Assembly: GCA_965248925.1 (NCBI GenBank)
Contig: CBDFLE010000004.1
Coordinates: 128,001-192,000, forward strand
Source: Candidatus Multivoradales bacterium
Lineage (GTDB): Bacteria > Acidobacteriota > Thermoanaerobaculia > Multivoradales > J023
Direction of reading: 5' to 3'
Length of the DNA: 64,000 bases
Part shown: one piece after another, positions 19,412-32,700 of the stretch
Numbering within the stretch: the first letter of the stretch is position 1
How the letters are laid out: the number at the start of each line of letters is the position of its first letter
Notes under the pieces: generated by a model
What the model was told of the DNA's origin: nothing
The model's input: only the letters and a program-made list of their open reading frames with translations
Database searches by the model: none
Program-made: the position numbers and the translations under genes

Positions 19412-22400
19412 ATGTCGAAACAGCTCTTGCTGCGCTTTCTCCTCATCCTCCAGGTCTTTCTCGGGGTTCTTCTACTGTCGGCGAGCGCCGCTCAGGCGGC
19501 GCCGGTCTTTGTCTCGGTAACCCCCGTCGACGGCACTCTGTCGAGCGCCGCGTCGGTGACTCTGACGGTCGAGGTGCAGGGCGCGATTAGCTTGCAAGTG
19601 GATGGCCAAGCGGTCACCACGGTTGATCCCTCGGGGACGGTGTGGACCGCCGGTCCTTACTCGTTGAGCGAGGGGGAGCGGGTGTTGGTGTTGATCGCCG
19701 AGGACGCTTCTGGGGTGCAGGCTCAGCAGCTGCACCGGGTGGTGCGGGACTCGCTGCCGCCGGTGCTGAGCTTGAGCCAGCCGGCGGCGGGGGCGATCGT
19801 TGCCAGCTCGCCGCTCATCGTGGTCGGCACGGCGGTGGATGCGCATCTGGCGGCGGTGCGGGTGGGGGGCCAGGTGGCGGCTCTCAGTGGTGCGAGTTTT
19901 TCGCACTCTCTGGTCTTGGTGGAGGGCGAGCAGACGTTCACCGTGGAGGCGAGCGACAGCCTGGGGCAGAGCGGGCAGCAGAGTGTGACGGTGACTCTCG
20001 ATAGCCAGCCGCCGACGGTGGCGCTGTTGGAAGGAGCTCAGCCGTTGGCGGCGGATGCGCTGTTCAATCGCTCGGTGGTGCTGAGCTTCAGCGTCACGGA
20101 TGCGACGGCTACGACGGTCGAAGCGCTGCTCGACGGCGCTTCATTCACCTCCGGCACGACGGTGAGCGCGGCGGGTTCGCATGTGCTTTCAGTGACCGCC
20201 ACGGACGCGGCTGGCCAGCCGACTAGCGTCAGCCGGAGCTTTGAGATCGACCTGACGGCGCCGACTTTTCTCAGCTTCACGCCGAGCGATGGCACCCTCT
20301 TGGCAGACTCGCAGGTGACCCTCAGCGGGGTGGTGGAGGGTGCGGCCGCGCTGAGTGTCGAGGGACAGGCGGCGAGCCTGGTGGGGCAGTCGTGGACGGC
20401 CGGGGCATTGCAGCTGATCGAGGGGGAGCGGGAGATTTCTATCGTCGCTACTGATCTGGCGGGCAATAGCGCCTCGTTCACCTTGCATTTGGAGCGCGAC
20501 GCGAGGGCGCCGCAGCTGATCGGCCTGGTGCCCAGTGTGGACACGGTTCTGGCGACCTCGCCGGTGGCCGTAAGCGGTACCGCCAGTGATGCCCACTTGC
20601 TGGAGGTGCGGGTGGGGGGCGAGCTGGCGAGCTTGACCGGCTCGCAGTTCAGCCACCCGGCGGTGGCGCTGGTGGAGGGTGAGAATCTCCTGCCGATCGT
20701 GGCCACGGATCAGGTGGGCCATCAGGCGACGGCCGAGCTGCGGCTGGTGCTCGACACCCAAGCACCGACGCTGTCGCTGCTGGTGGCGGGAGTGCCGCTG
20801 CAGGGTGGGGCGGTGTTCGCCGGCCCGGTGACGCCTGAGATCTCGGCCAGCGACGCCACCGAGGTGGTGACGTCGGCGACTCTCGACGGCGCCACCTACC
20901 TGCCGGGGACGGTGATTGATGGCGATGGCTTGCATCAGCTGTCGGTGAGCGCCAGCGACGCGGCGGGCCATCAGGCGACGGTGCTGGTGAGCTTCAGCCT
21001 CGACCTGGCGGCGCCGGTGTTCGCGGATCTGGCGCCGGTGGCTGGCAGTGTGGACAGCGCTGCTCAGGTGACGCTGACCGGCCGCGCGCCGGGGGCGGTG
21101 TCGGTGTCGGTGGACGGGCAAGCGGCGACGCTGGCGGGGGATGGCTTTAGCGCCGGTCCCTTCAATTTGAGCGAGGGGGAGCGGGTGTTCTTGCTCGCCG
21201 CCACCGATAGCGGCGGCAACGTCACCCAGCTGACCCACCACCTGACTCGCGATTCGACGGCGCCGCAGCTCACTCTCGGCCAGCCGGCGGCCGGAGCCCT
21301 GCTGGGGAGTACCTCGGTCGATGTCAGCGGCACGGCGAGTGATCCGCGTCTCGATCAGGTGACGGTCAATGGGGTGCTGGCCGAGCTCAGTGGCGGCGCT
21401 TTCCTGGCCCGTCAGGTGCCGCTTACTGAAGGTGACAATGTGCTCACCGTGGTGGCGGCGGACACGGTGGGCAACGAGGTCCAAACGACCCGCTCGGTGA
21501 CCGTTGATACGACGCCGCCGACGGTCGTCATCACCGACCCGGCCAGCGGCACGATCACCCCCGAGGCGGGGCTGACCCTGTCGGGCAGCGCCGCGGATCC
21601 TCATCTCGACCGGGTCGAGGTGGCGGGGGTGGGGGCGAGCCTGGTGGGTGAGCAATGGTCGTTGGCGGTGGATCTGCAAGAGGGCAGTAACACTTTCACC
21701 GTCGAAGCCTTCGACCCGCTCGGCCACAGCACCAGCGCCAGCGTCACGGTGACTCGCGACAGCTCGGCGCCTGAGATCCACATCGAGAGCCCGGCCGAGG
21801 GGCTTTACAGCCCAGCAGCGAATCTCACGGTCAGCGGCACGGTGGTCGCGGAGCCCGATTTGACAGTGACGGTGGGCGGCGTGGCGGCGACGATTGCGGG
21901 CAGCAGCTGGAGCGCCGCCGCGGTGCCGCTAGTAGAGGGTGAGAACCGGCTGATCGCAAGGGTGACCGACGCCCTGGGCAACCAAGGCACTCACACGCGG
22001 GTGGTGTGGCGCGACAACCAAGCGCCGGAGTTTCTATCGTCGATCCCCGCCGCGGGGGCTCTCGAGCTGCCGGCCGGCAGCAGCTTCCGGCTGCGCTTCA
22101 GCGAGCCGTTGGCGGCGCCCAGCGGGGGCGCCTACAGCCTCAGCACCTTGGCCGGGCAAGCCCTGGCGAGCAGCGCCGAGATCGATGGCGACGACTTGGT
22201 GATCACCCCGCAGGCAGCACTGCCGTCGGCCACCGAGCTGCGCCTGGTGCTAGGGGCGGGGCTGGTCGATCGGGCGGGCAATGCTCTAGCGGCGGCTCAT
22301 ACTCTGGCTTTCACCGTGGTCGATGGCGGCGCGCCAGCGGCGCCGCAGCTCGACGCCTACGCTAGCTATCTCTGTGCGCCGGCTACCACCCTTGCCGGCG

Positions 22401-25400
22401 GTGCCGAGCCTGGTGCTTGGATCGAGGTAGATGGCGGGGCCTCAGTAGGAGCGGGGCAGGTGGCAGACGATGGCCGTTTCGCCATCAGCGTCGTGCTGCT
22501 GCCCGAGGGGCCGAATCACCTGACGGTGATCGCCGTCGACGCCGCGGGCAACCCCTCGCCCGCGACGAGCGCCGATATCGTCCACGATTGCACCGCGCCG
22601 GAAGTGCTGGGTGCCAGCCGGGAGGCGGCGGGATTCCGCATCGCCCTCAGCGAGACGGTCGACCCTCTGAGCTTGAGCGGCTCGGTGCGGGTGTACGACG
22701 GCGGGATGGAAATCGCCGGCACAGAGAGTGCGACTGCCAGCGAGCTGATCTGGACCGCCAGCGGAGCGTTGCCAGCAGTCGCTCTGCTGGTCGAAGTCGA
22801 GGGAGCTTTGGCGGACCTGGCCGGCAACCCGTTGGCTTTCCCCTACCGGCAACTCTTCGATATAGCCCTGGGCGGTAGCTTCTTCTCTGGCACCGCTATC
22901 GACGACGCCTCCGGCCGGCCGCTGGGCGGGGTGCGGGCGGTGGTGACGGCGAGCGATGGGGTGGCCCTGGCCGAGCCCTGGCCGGAGCAGACCAGCGGCG
23001 AGGACGGTCGCCTGGTGATCGCTCTGCCCGCCGGCACTCACGACGTGACCTTTGCCCGGCCGGGCTACACGCCGGTGTTTCGGGTGGTGACGACGGTCGA
23101 CGGCCAAGGCACGGACGTTTTCGACCCTCGCCTGACGCCGGCCGCGGCAGCGGTGTCGATAGATGCATCGGGCGGCTTGGTGGAGGGCTCTTCAGAAGTC
23201 GGCACGGCGCCGCGTCTCACCCTCCCGACCGCCGGCCTGGCGTCGGCTACGGCGGTGCGCCTGACGGCGGTGGGCGGCCAGGGGCTGGCCGCCTTGCTGC
23301 CCTACGGCTGGGCACCGCGGGGTGCCGTCTGGGTGGATCTCTCAGCCGCGAATCTAGCTGCCTCGGCGACCCTCGATCTGCCGGTGACCTCGGCCGACGG
23401 GACGGTGCTGGAGGCGGTAACTCTCGATCTCGCCACCCTGCAATGGCGTTCGCTGGGGGTGGTGACGGTGAGCGGCGGCGAGGTCACGATGACCGTCGAC
23501 GGCGAAGGAGCCTGGGCGGCGGTGGAAGCCGACTCGGGAGCTTTGGCGCCGCCCCCGGCGGTCGCTGGCCAGATGCTGGGCTCCTCGGCCGCGCCGCCGT
23601 CCGGCGGGGTGACTAGCGCCAGCCTGAGCTTCGATCCCGAGGTGGTCTTGCCGACGCAGCGCAGCTGGGTACAGGTGCTCTACGGGCTGGCGGCGGAGGT
23701 GCCGAGCGGGGTGCCGCTGACTTTGTCGATCGAGGAGCGGCTGGAGCTACTCGATGGCAGCGTGCGGCGGATCAGTCCCTACAGCGCCGATCTGGTGCTC
23801 TACCGCGATTCGCTGGGCGATCCGACCTCGAGGTTCCGCCTGCGGCCTTCGGCCGCGGCGCGCAGCCTGCCGGTGCGGCTAGGTGCCGAGCAAGTCAGCG
23901 TGCGGTCCTACGGTGATGAGACGGTGCGCGGCAACGTGCTCGGCCCCGACGGCGGCGTGGTGTCGAGTGCCGAGGGTGATCAGGTGGTGCTGCCGGCAGC
24001 AGCTCTCGAGGAGCCCACGGCGGTGACTCTGAGTCGCCGGACAGTGGCCGATCTGCCGCTGGCTCCACCCGCTGGTGGCACGGTCGACGGCGTCTTGGAG
24101 CTGGACCTTGCCGGCCGCCGGCTGTTGCTGCCGGCTGAGCTGTCGTGGTCGCTGACCCCGGCACCGGCTGCTGGCACGCCGGGTTTGTTGCTAGGGGTGG
24201 TGGAAGTGGAAGGCGAGCCGCGCTATCGGGCGATTGCCGAGCTGGAAGCCACCGCCACTGGCTGGACGACGAAGGTGATCGACACTGCCGACCTGGCCTG
24301 GCCGGGGGTGCTGGAGGGCGGTTTGTACGTTTTCTTGCGCCTCGATGCGGTACCGCGCTTTGTGCGGGGCATGGTGCTTGACCCAGGAGGTGCTCCGGTC
24401 GTGGGCGCGGTGGTCGAGTCGACGACGGTGCCTTGGCTCCAGATCTCAGCCGCCGAGGGTGGCTACGTGCTGCCGATTCTGCTGGATGCCGCCACTCTCA
24501 GCGCGCGGCGCGCGGTCACCGGCAACGCGGTGGCGGTGGCGCTGCCGGCCGGGGTTGCGGCGGAGCGGGTCGATCTCGATCTGCCGCTACAGATCGTGGC
24601 GCCGTGGGTCGAGCAGATCACTCCGTCAGCGGGCACCAGCGGAGTGTTGCTCGGCTTCAATCCAGTGGTGCGTTTCAGCGAGCCGGTGGATCGGGCCTCG
24701 CTCGATGGCGCTATCGAGCTGCGCCAGGGGGGCGTGGCGGTGGCGGTGGCACTCGATCACCAGGGCGCCCTGGTCACCCTGCTACCGCAGGCGACGCTGG
24801 TGCCTGGCAGTGAGTACGAGGTCTGGGTGGGGGCGGCGGTGCGTGACTTGCAGGGCTATGGGCTGAGCGGCTCGGTGAGCGTGCTGTTTAGCACCGAGGT
24901 GGTGGCGACGCCGGCCGGGGTCGATCGCGGGCGGATCTTCCTGGTCGAGCCCGATGCCCAGGGGCTGGCGCGAGTGGAGGGCCTGGCGGGGGCGGCGCCG
25001 GCCGGCACGCTGGTCTTCGTTGAAAATCTGACATCGTTCTCGACCACCGAGTCTGTACAAAGCGCGGGTGACGGTAGCTTCCTGCTGACGATCGGCGCCA
25101 GCCTCGAGGATCAGCTGCTGCTGCATGTGCTGATCGATGGGGGTAACGAGGTAGTGATCCTGCTGACTCCGTTCCTGGGCGCCGACCTGCGCACCGGCCT
25201 GGCGGGGACGGGGGCGGGGGAGTTTACGACCGCCGATGGAATCACCGTGCGTTACGCGGCTGGCACCTTCGCCGGGCCGTCCAGGGTGCAGGTGACGCCG
25301 ATCGCCATGGGCACGCTGGCGGCGGCAGAAGACTTCAGCGAGCTGCTGACCTTCCGGCTGGAGATCGACGGCGCGCAGCCGCTGAAGCCGCTGGAAGTGA

Positions 25401-28400
25401 CGATGGCGGCGCCGGCTGGCACCGCACCAGCTGGCACCGCGGCGGGCAGCCTCTGGCTGCTGCGCCGGCAGCTTGAGATCGCCGATTTACCGTGGATGGT
25501 CCACGCCGAGCTGGCTCTCGATGGAGGTCAGGTGAGTACGATCAATACCGTGGGCGAAGCCCAATCCGCCAACTCCGGCGAAGTGGGTGGCACCAAGTCA
25601 GCGGCCTTCGCCGTGCCGGCCCCTCTGCGGGTGCTGAGCCCGGCAGAAGCCGCCGCGCGGCTGCCGCGCTCGGGGTATCTGAGCGCTCTGCCGCCGTCTG
25701 ACCCAGCGGCTCTGGTCGAGGTCGAGCCGCCCCTGGCCGGCTTGGGACCGGCCAAGGCGACCGTTGCCCCCGTCCTGGCGGACTATCTGGTCGGCGTCTC
25801 CCGCCCCGGCGTCTATCAGGCAGCGCGGGCCGAGGTCGAGCTGGGTTGGATCGCCTTCCCCTTCCGTGGCGCCCAAGACCTAGTGGTGCGCAGCGCCGAG
25901 TTGCCCGAAGTGGTGCTGGCGCTCGATGCCGTCAACCGCTCCTTCCTGCCGCTAGGCGCCGGTGCCTTGCCGGTTGAACTCAGCCCGACGCCACTGAACG
26001 CCGATCCCGCCGCGCCGGGGACGCCGGGGACGCCGGGGTCGAAGGCGCCGCCAGCGGGCGAGCCCAAGGCCGACTCGGTGGAGATCCAGGTGCTCGATTT
26101 CGCCGGTGTCGAGCTTTATCGGGTGGTGGTTGACGCCCCGACCCAGCAGGTGGTGCTGCTGAGCCCCAGCCAGCTACCCAACGCCGGGCCGCCCATGCCG
26201 GTGGGCGGTGGGCCGCTGCGCTTCCATGCATTCGACGTCGCTGAAGGCACCGCTGGGATCGCCGCCGGCATCAGCGCCGAGCTGGAGGGTAACTCGCTCA
26301 CCGTGAGCGGCGAGGCCGGCAGCGCCGGAGCCGGAGTGGCGGTGCGTCTGATCGATCTAGAAAGCTCGAACGTGCTCAGCGCTACGGCTTCTCCAGGCGG
26401 TAGCTTCAGCGTCGTCGCCAGTCCGTCGCAGCTCGGCGATCAGCTGGTGCTGGCGATCTCGGCCAAGCTCACTCCGGGCCAGCCGCTGCGCCTCGACTTC
26501 TCAGAAGCCTTGCAAGAAGAGGCGCCAGGAATCCGGGTCGAGCACGACGGGATGGCCCTGCCCATCACCAAAGAGCCTCTGGGCAGCTGGGCACAGCTGC
26601 TGATCCACGGCGGCTGGCAGGCAGGCAAGACCTACAACTTGCGCCTGGACTCCACCATGGCCGACGCCGCCGGCTTGCCTTGGGATACTGACCTGACTCT
26701 GCCTTTCGAAGTCGCCGAATCGAGCGCCGGCACTAGCTTCGCGCTCGACGCGGCGCACGACATCGCGCGCCTCGGCTCGTTGCTCTTCGTGGCCGCCGGC
26801 GCCGATGGCCTGGCGGTGCTCGACGCCAGCGACCCGCGCCAGCTGAAGAACTGGCTGGCGGCTGAGACCTACGTCGATCTGGTCTCGGAGCCAGGTCTAC
26901 CGGTGCGCGGGGTGGCGACCGACAGCCATGGCCGGGTGGTGGCAGTAGGGGGTGGCGTCGCCCGCCGGGGGGTGCTGCTGATCCTCGATCCGCAAGAGCT
27001 GCCCCAGGGTGCCGCGACGGTGCCCGCGGCGGCGATTCTCGGCCGCACCCTCCTCACCGAGCCCCAGCTGGCTGGCTCGGGTGCCCCGCCGCTGCTCATC
27101 GGGCGGCCGCTGGCGGTCGAGATCTTCAACCGCGATGAGAGCACGAGCTGGACGGTGGGGGAGGTGGTGCCGCCGGGCCTCACCCTGGCTCCGCCCAGCC
27201 CACCGAGCGGCACGGCGGCTGTCTCGCTCACCGTCAGTGGCATGGCGACGGCGGAGCGTCCGGTGACTCTGCGCAACCTCACCACCGGCGAGCGCGACAG
27301 CGCTCGCGTCGGCAGTCCTGGTGGCGGCGGTGCTGGCAGTTTCTCCCTGAGTCTCAGCGTGCGGCGCGGCGACCGCCTGGAGCTACTGCGCAACGAGCTG
27401 TCCTTGGCCTACGTGGCGGGTTACGACGCCGGGGTGGTGACGGTGGATCTGAATGCCGTCGAAGCTGCCTCTGAGGAGGTCGACGATCCTTGGGATGCTT
27501 TCGATCTGCTGCGCTACAACACTCATTATGTTGTGCCGAGCGAGGTGCTGTGCTCGACGTTTGAGTACGACCAGCGCTTTGACGTGATTGACGCTCGGGT
27601 GCTGCCGGCGGCGGCCGAAGGCGAACCTTGGAGCGTTCTGGCTCTGGTCGAGAACTACGGCTTGCTGTCGCTGGGTGCCTCCGTGGCTGCGCCGCTGGAC
27701 AAGCTGGCCTACCGCGACGCTCTTTGCGGCGAGGTCGATGACAACCGCAAGATGGGCGGTCTCGATGTGCTGCCCGGCTACCGCTTCGACCGCAACGGCG
27801 ACGGTGTGCTTGACGACGAGGAGCCCGAGCGTGACTTCGCTCTTCTCACCAATACCGTCGGTGGCGGGGGTCTTGGCTGGCTGCTGATCGTCGATGTCAC
27901 CGAACGCAATGAGCTGCGCCTGGTGGGCCGCATCGAGCTGCCCGGCCCGGCGACGCGGGTGACTGCTGACCCGGTCGGCCGCCGCGCCCTGGTATCGGGC
28001 CACGGTGGCGGGGTCTACATCGTCGACCTCGACCGCTGGCCGGCGCAGAGTGGCGGGGGCGGAACCCCTCAGATCTGGTCGAGCGATCGGGTGGTCGAGC
28101 GCCTGAGCTTTGGCGAGGACGTGCGCGCCCCCACCCTGGTGGCTCCGGAACTGGGCCTAGCCTTCGCCGGCGGCGTTGCCCGTGGTGTGACCCCCCTCAG
28201 CACTGGCCTGCCGCGCCTGTCGCTGGTGTCCAGCGGCGAGCAGGGACTGCGCCGGGTCTCGCGGCTGGCGCCATTTGGCGCGCCTACCGCCCCGGAGAGC
28301 GCCGAGGAGGGAGCGGAAGAAATACCCGGAGTGATCCGAGTGCAGGCGCAGCTTCCCGGTGGCCTGGCCGATGCCGAGGGCAAGATCCGTGTCGACCTCA

Positions 28401-29764
28401 GCGGCATTGGCCCCGCCGGGCTGCCGGTGCGCGGCCTCGGCGAGGGGCTGATGGACGAGCCCGTGGCCGAGCTGAGAGACGATAAGGCGTTGGTGCTGCA
28501 ACGGCAGTCGGACAACCCCCTGTCAGAGGGCTACAACGTCTTCCTCTCCGATCCGGTGGTGCTGCTGGCTGATGTGCGTGCCTCGGCGCATTTCGAGCGC
28601 TCGGAGGCCGAGAAGGAGGCCTGCCGCCGCTGTGACCTGGTGGACGAGGGGGTCTACGCCGCGGCCGATCTACCCCCCAACGAGCTGCATGTCGAGCTGC
28701 TATCGGGCCATCAAGTGCGGGCTAGCTACAGCGAAGCCGTCGCCTCGAGCCTCAGCGGTCTTTACAACGCCGATCTGCTAGCGGGCTACGCCGTCATCGC
28801 CGACAGTGTGCCCTGGGATCTCAGTCCCTCGCCGCACCAGGAGCCGGTACTCAATGCCGCCACTAGCGCGATGGCGGCGCCGGGCACCCTCTTGCACTCC
28901 GGCGAAATGACCCGCCAGGCGCACGACCTCAGCCTCCAAGGCCGGGGATTGGACCTCGCCTTGGTGCGTACCTACCGCAGCCAAACAATCAGCAATGGTC
29001 CCCTCGGCCCAGGCTGGGATCATGGCTACCGCCTGCGCTTGCGGCTCTTGCCCAATGGCGATGTCGACTTCTTCGATGGCACTGGCCGCCGCGAGACCTT
29101 CACCCTGGAAGACGACCGCGAGCTGAAGCCGCCCGTCGGCCGCTTCGTCCAGCTCAAGAAGTACGCCGAGGGTTACACCCTGATCGGCAGCGGCTATCAG
29201 CGCTGGCGTTTCGACCGCTGGGGTCGCCTGGTGTCGATGATCGACTCGGTGCGCACCAGCGAGGAGACCGGCAACGAGATCACCTTCCACTACGACGCCC
29301 ACTCGCGCCTGGCGCGAATCCACGACGATCTCGGCCGCAACACCTTCCTGCACTACGACGACGAAGGCCGCCTGGAGAAGATCGTCGACTTCAGTGATCG
29401 CGACTTCCTCTACCACTACGACGCCCAGGGAAGATTGACCAGTTTCGAGACTCCAGTCGTCGACCTCGGCAGCGGCAGCAGCCAGCGTCTATCGACCACC
29501 TACGCCTACCACGCCGCCGGCACCGGCCTGGCTGGCCAGCTCAGCCAACGCGATGATCTGAAAAGCGAGACTGACGCCAAGAGCCAGACCTGGCTCACCC
29601 TGCGGTATCAGGATTCCGACGGCAACGGCCGCCCCGATGCGCTCAAAGAACAAGATTGGGGAGCGGAGACAGTGCATTTGGCCTTCGATTTCGACGGCCA
29701 GCAGACCACCCTCACCGATCGCCGAGGCAAAGTCTGGACCTACCATCTCAACGCTGCTGGGCAG
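19412..29764 (+). repeat. ~10.3-kb near-identical duplication of the RHS 5' region (matches 41936..52270; part also matches 61503..64000)
   Basis: Proteins and DNA are nearly identical up to ...YHLNAAGQ, then abruptly divergent. Confidence 0.95.
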
Positions 29765-32700
29765 ATGCTCAGCGAGCGCGACCCGGCGTCTCATCAGTCG
29801 AACTGGTCCTACGAGCCAAGTGGTGCGCTGGCACAGGCCACCGAGGCGGGGGGAATCACCACCGATCTGACCTACGGCTCGGACTCTCCGCGCCAGCGGG
29901 GCAATGTGTCGAGCGTGACGACGACGCCTTCCCCTGGCTACCCCAACCCTGTCGCGCCGGTGGTGGTGCAGGTGCTAGAGAGGGTTAAGAAAACCAATCG
30001 GGTGGCCAGTTGGAACGATAAGCACGGTGCGCAGCACCTGATCATCACCTATCCCAACGAGCTGCCCAAGGTGCGTCATGACGCCTATGGCACACCGCTC
30101 AACGCCACCTCGTCGATGACGTACGACTTTTTCGGTCGGATCCTGGAGCAGACTGCCCCCAACCAGAGCAAAACCACCTTTACCTACTCCCTTGAGGACG
30201 GTTACTTGACTCAGGTGGTCGCCGATGCCCAGAACCTGGCTCTGAGCACCGACTTTCTGGAGCGCGACGCCCGTGGCAATCCGCTGCGCTGGCGCGACCC
30301 GCGCGGGGTGATCCACGAAGCTGAGTACAACGCCCTCGGCTGGCTGCTGCGCCAGCGGCAGGCGATCTCAGGCGGGGCTGCCCCGATCGGCCTGGTGAGT
30401 GAATTCGACTACGACGCCAACGGCCAGGTCACGGCGACCCGGCGCTCCCACAGTGGCGGCGGGATGACCGCCGTTCGCTTCACCTACGGGGTTCTCGGCG
30501 AGCTGCTGCGCAGCGAGCGCGAGGTCGAGCCCGGCGGGGCGGCGATCCTCGAGACCGTAGCGTATGACCCTCACCTCAACCCGACTCGCATCGTCGATGG
30601 TGTCGGTGGGGTCACCCTGCTGGAGTACGACGCCCGCAACCTACCGCTGCGCAAGACTAGCGGGGCGGGTACGGCGGCGGAGATTGCAGAGGAGTACTCC
30701 TATGACGCCGATGGCCGGCTGGTGGTCTACACCGATGCTCGCCAACAAGTTTGGCGTACTGAGTACGACGGCTTGGGACGCCCCGCGGCACAGATCAATC
30801 CGCTGGGAGAGCGCACCGAGACCGAGTACACCCCAGGTGACCTGCCAATCCACCAGCGCCGCTTGAGTGCCTCGGGCGTCGTGAAGAGCGAGCAGCAATG
30901 GCAGTGGGACGTGCGTGCTCGGCAGACCCGCGGCATGGCTCATCTGTGGGCCTATGGCGAGGGTGACGGTGACGGCGAAGCTCATCAGCAGCTGACGACC
31001 GAGTTTACTTACGATGCCATCTCGAATCTGCTCACCGTCGAGGGTCCTGGCATCTCGTTGGAGCATCGCTACGACTCGGCGGGGCGGCGGACCTTGTCGC
31101 AGGACCAGGCCGGCAACATCGTCGAGCTGGACCTTGACCCGCTAGGTCTGGTCACCAGCCAACGCCACCTTGAGCAGCTCGCCGAGGGGGGCACCGCGAC
31201 CGTCGAGAACACCTTCACCCACGACGCTTTGGGCCGTCCGCTGAGTGAGAGTCTGCCCCAGGGTGGCAGCCGCAGCTGGCAATATGACGTCCGTGGCAAC
31301 CTGACCCGTTTTGCCGACGCCGACGGCCGCGTCTGGAGCTGGCAATACGACGGCCTCGACCGCCGGGTCGCCGAGCAGGCTCCGGGAGGTGTTGACCTCA
31401 GCCACACCTATGACCAGGCTTCGCGGCCGCTGACCTACACCGACGCTCTCGGTAACCAGACCCGCTGGGTCTACGACGTTCTGGGTCGGCGCACCGACTG
31501 GCTGCTCAACGGCGTCGGAGTAGAGATCTACGGCCACGACGAGAGCGGCAACCCAACCTCCATCCTGCGCGCCGACGGCAGCCGCATCGACCAGAGTTTC
31601 GATGCCGCCGGCCGGCTGATCAGCCGCCAGATCAACCTCCCTGACGGCACCCTGGGCGAGGCCGAGAGCTACGCCCATGACGCCCTGGGGCGGATCACTC
31701 AGCAAACCGCGGGCGGCATCTCCACCCAGCACAGCTTCGACTCGTTGTCGCGGCTGACCGCCGAGACCACCGCTAATCTCACCGTCGGTTACCAGCACGA
31801 TGCCGCCGGCAACCTGATTCAGATCAGCTACCCCTCGGGTCGCCGGGTCGACATCGTGCCCGACGGGCTCAATCGCCCCTCCACGGTCGCCTGGGCGGCG
31901 CCCGGGCCGCCCGAAGTCAAGGTGCGCTACGGCTATCGCGGCGGCAATCTGATGTCCTCCCGCAGCCTGGCCCAGCTCACCGGGGTGAAGACTTTTGATG
32001 CCGGCCGGCGCACCGCCGGCTGGCAAGTCCAGGATGCCGGCAACCAGCTGTTGCTCGGCGAAAGCCTGAGCTGGACCCCCGGCTCGCGGCTGGCCACCGC
32101 CACCCGCACCGATTTGGGTGGCCTCACCCGTCGTTACGGCTACCAGGACGGTCGCTTGATCTCGGCCATCCAGACTGGCGGCCCGGCCTCCAGCGCCCCG
32201 GCCGCCACCGGCTGGGCCGACGTGCCCGCGAGCTTCACCTACAGCTACGACCGAGCCCAGAATCTGCTGGGGATGGACTTCGCACAAAGCTGCGCAGCCA
32301 CCCAGGTCGCCCTGCCGCTGGATGGCAGCGGCTGGAACCGCCCGGCTTCAGTAGCCGGCGAAGCGCTCCAGTGGACCGCTCGCCAGGAGCTGGCGAGCAA
32401 AGGAAACTTCAACTTCACTTACAGCTGGGACCACCGTCCGATCGAACTCAGGCGCAACGGGGTGACGATCGCCTCCTACAAATACGACTCCCAGGGACGC
32501 CGAGTCGAGCGCCAAGTCGGCGCCGACACCTACACCACCGTCTGGTCTGGCTGGCAGCCGATCGAAGAGTACAAGAACGGTCTATTGCACAGCCGCCGCA
32601 CCTACGGCGTCGGTCTCGACGAACTTATTCGCCTCGAAAGCGACCTCGACGGCGACGGTGTCTTGGAGCAGGAATACCTACCCTTCTACGACACGATCGG

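Noticed and set aside
20189-21781. Long antisense and alternate-frame ORFs within the giant genes (e.g. 530, 448, 388 and 381 aa)
   Set aside because: Expected shadow ORFs of high-GC coding DNA; Arg/His-rich and without domain features.
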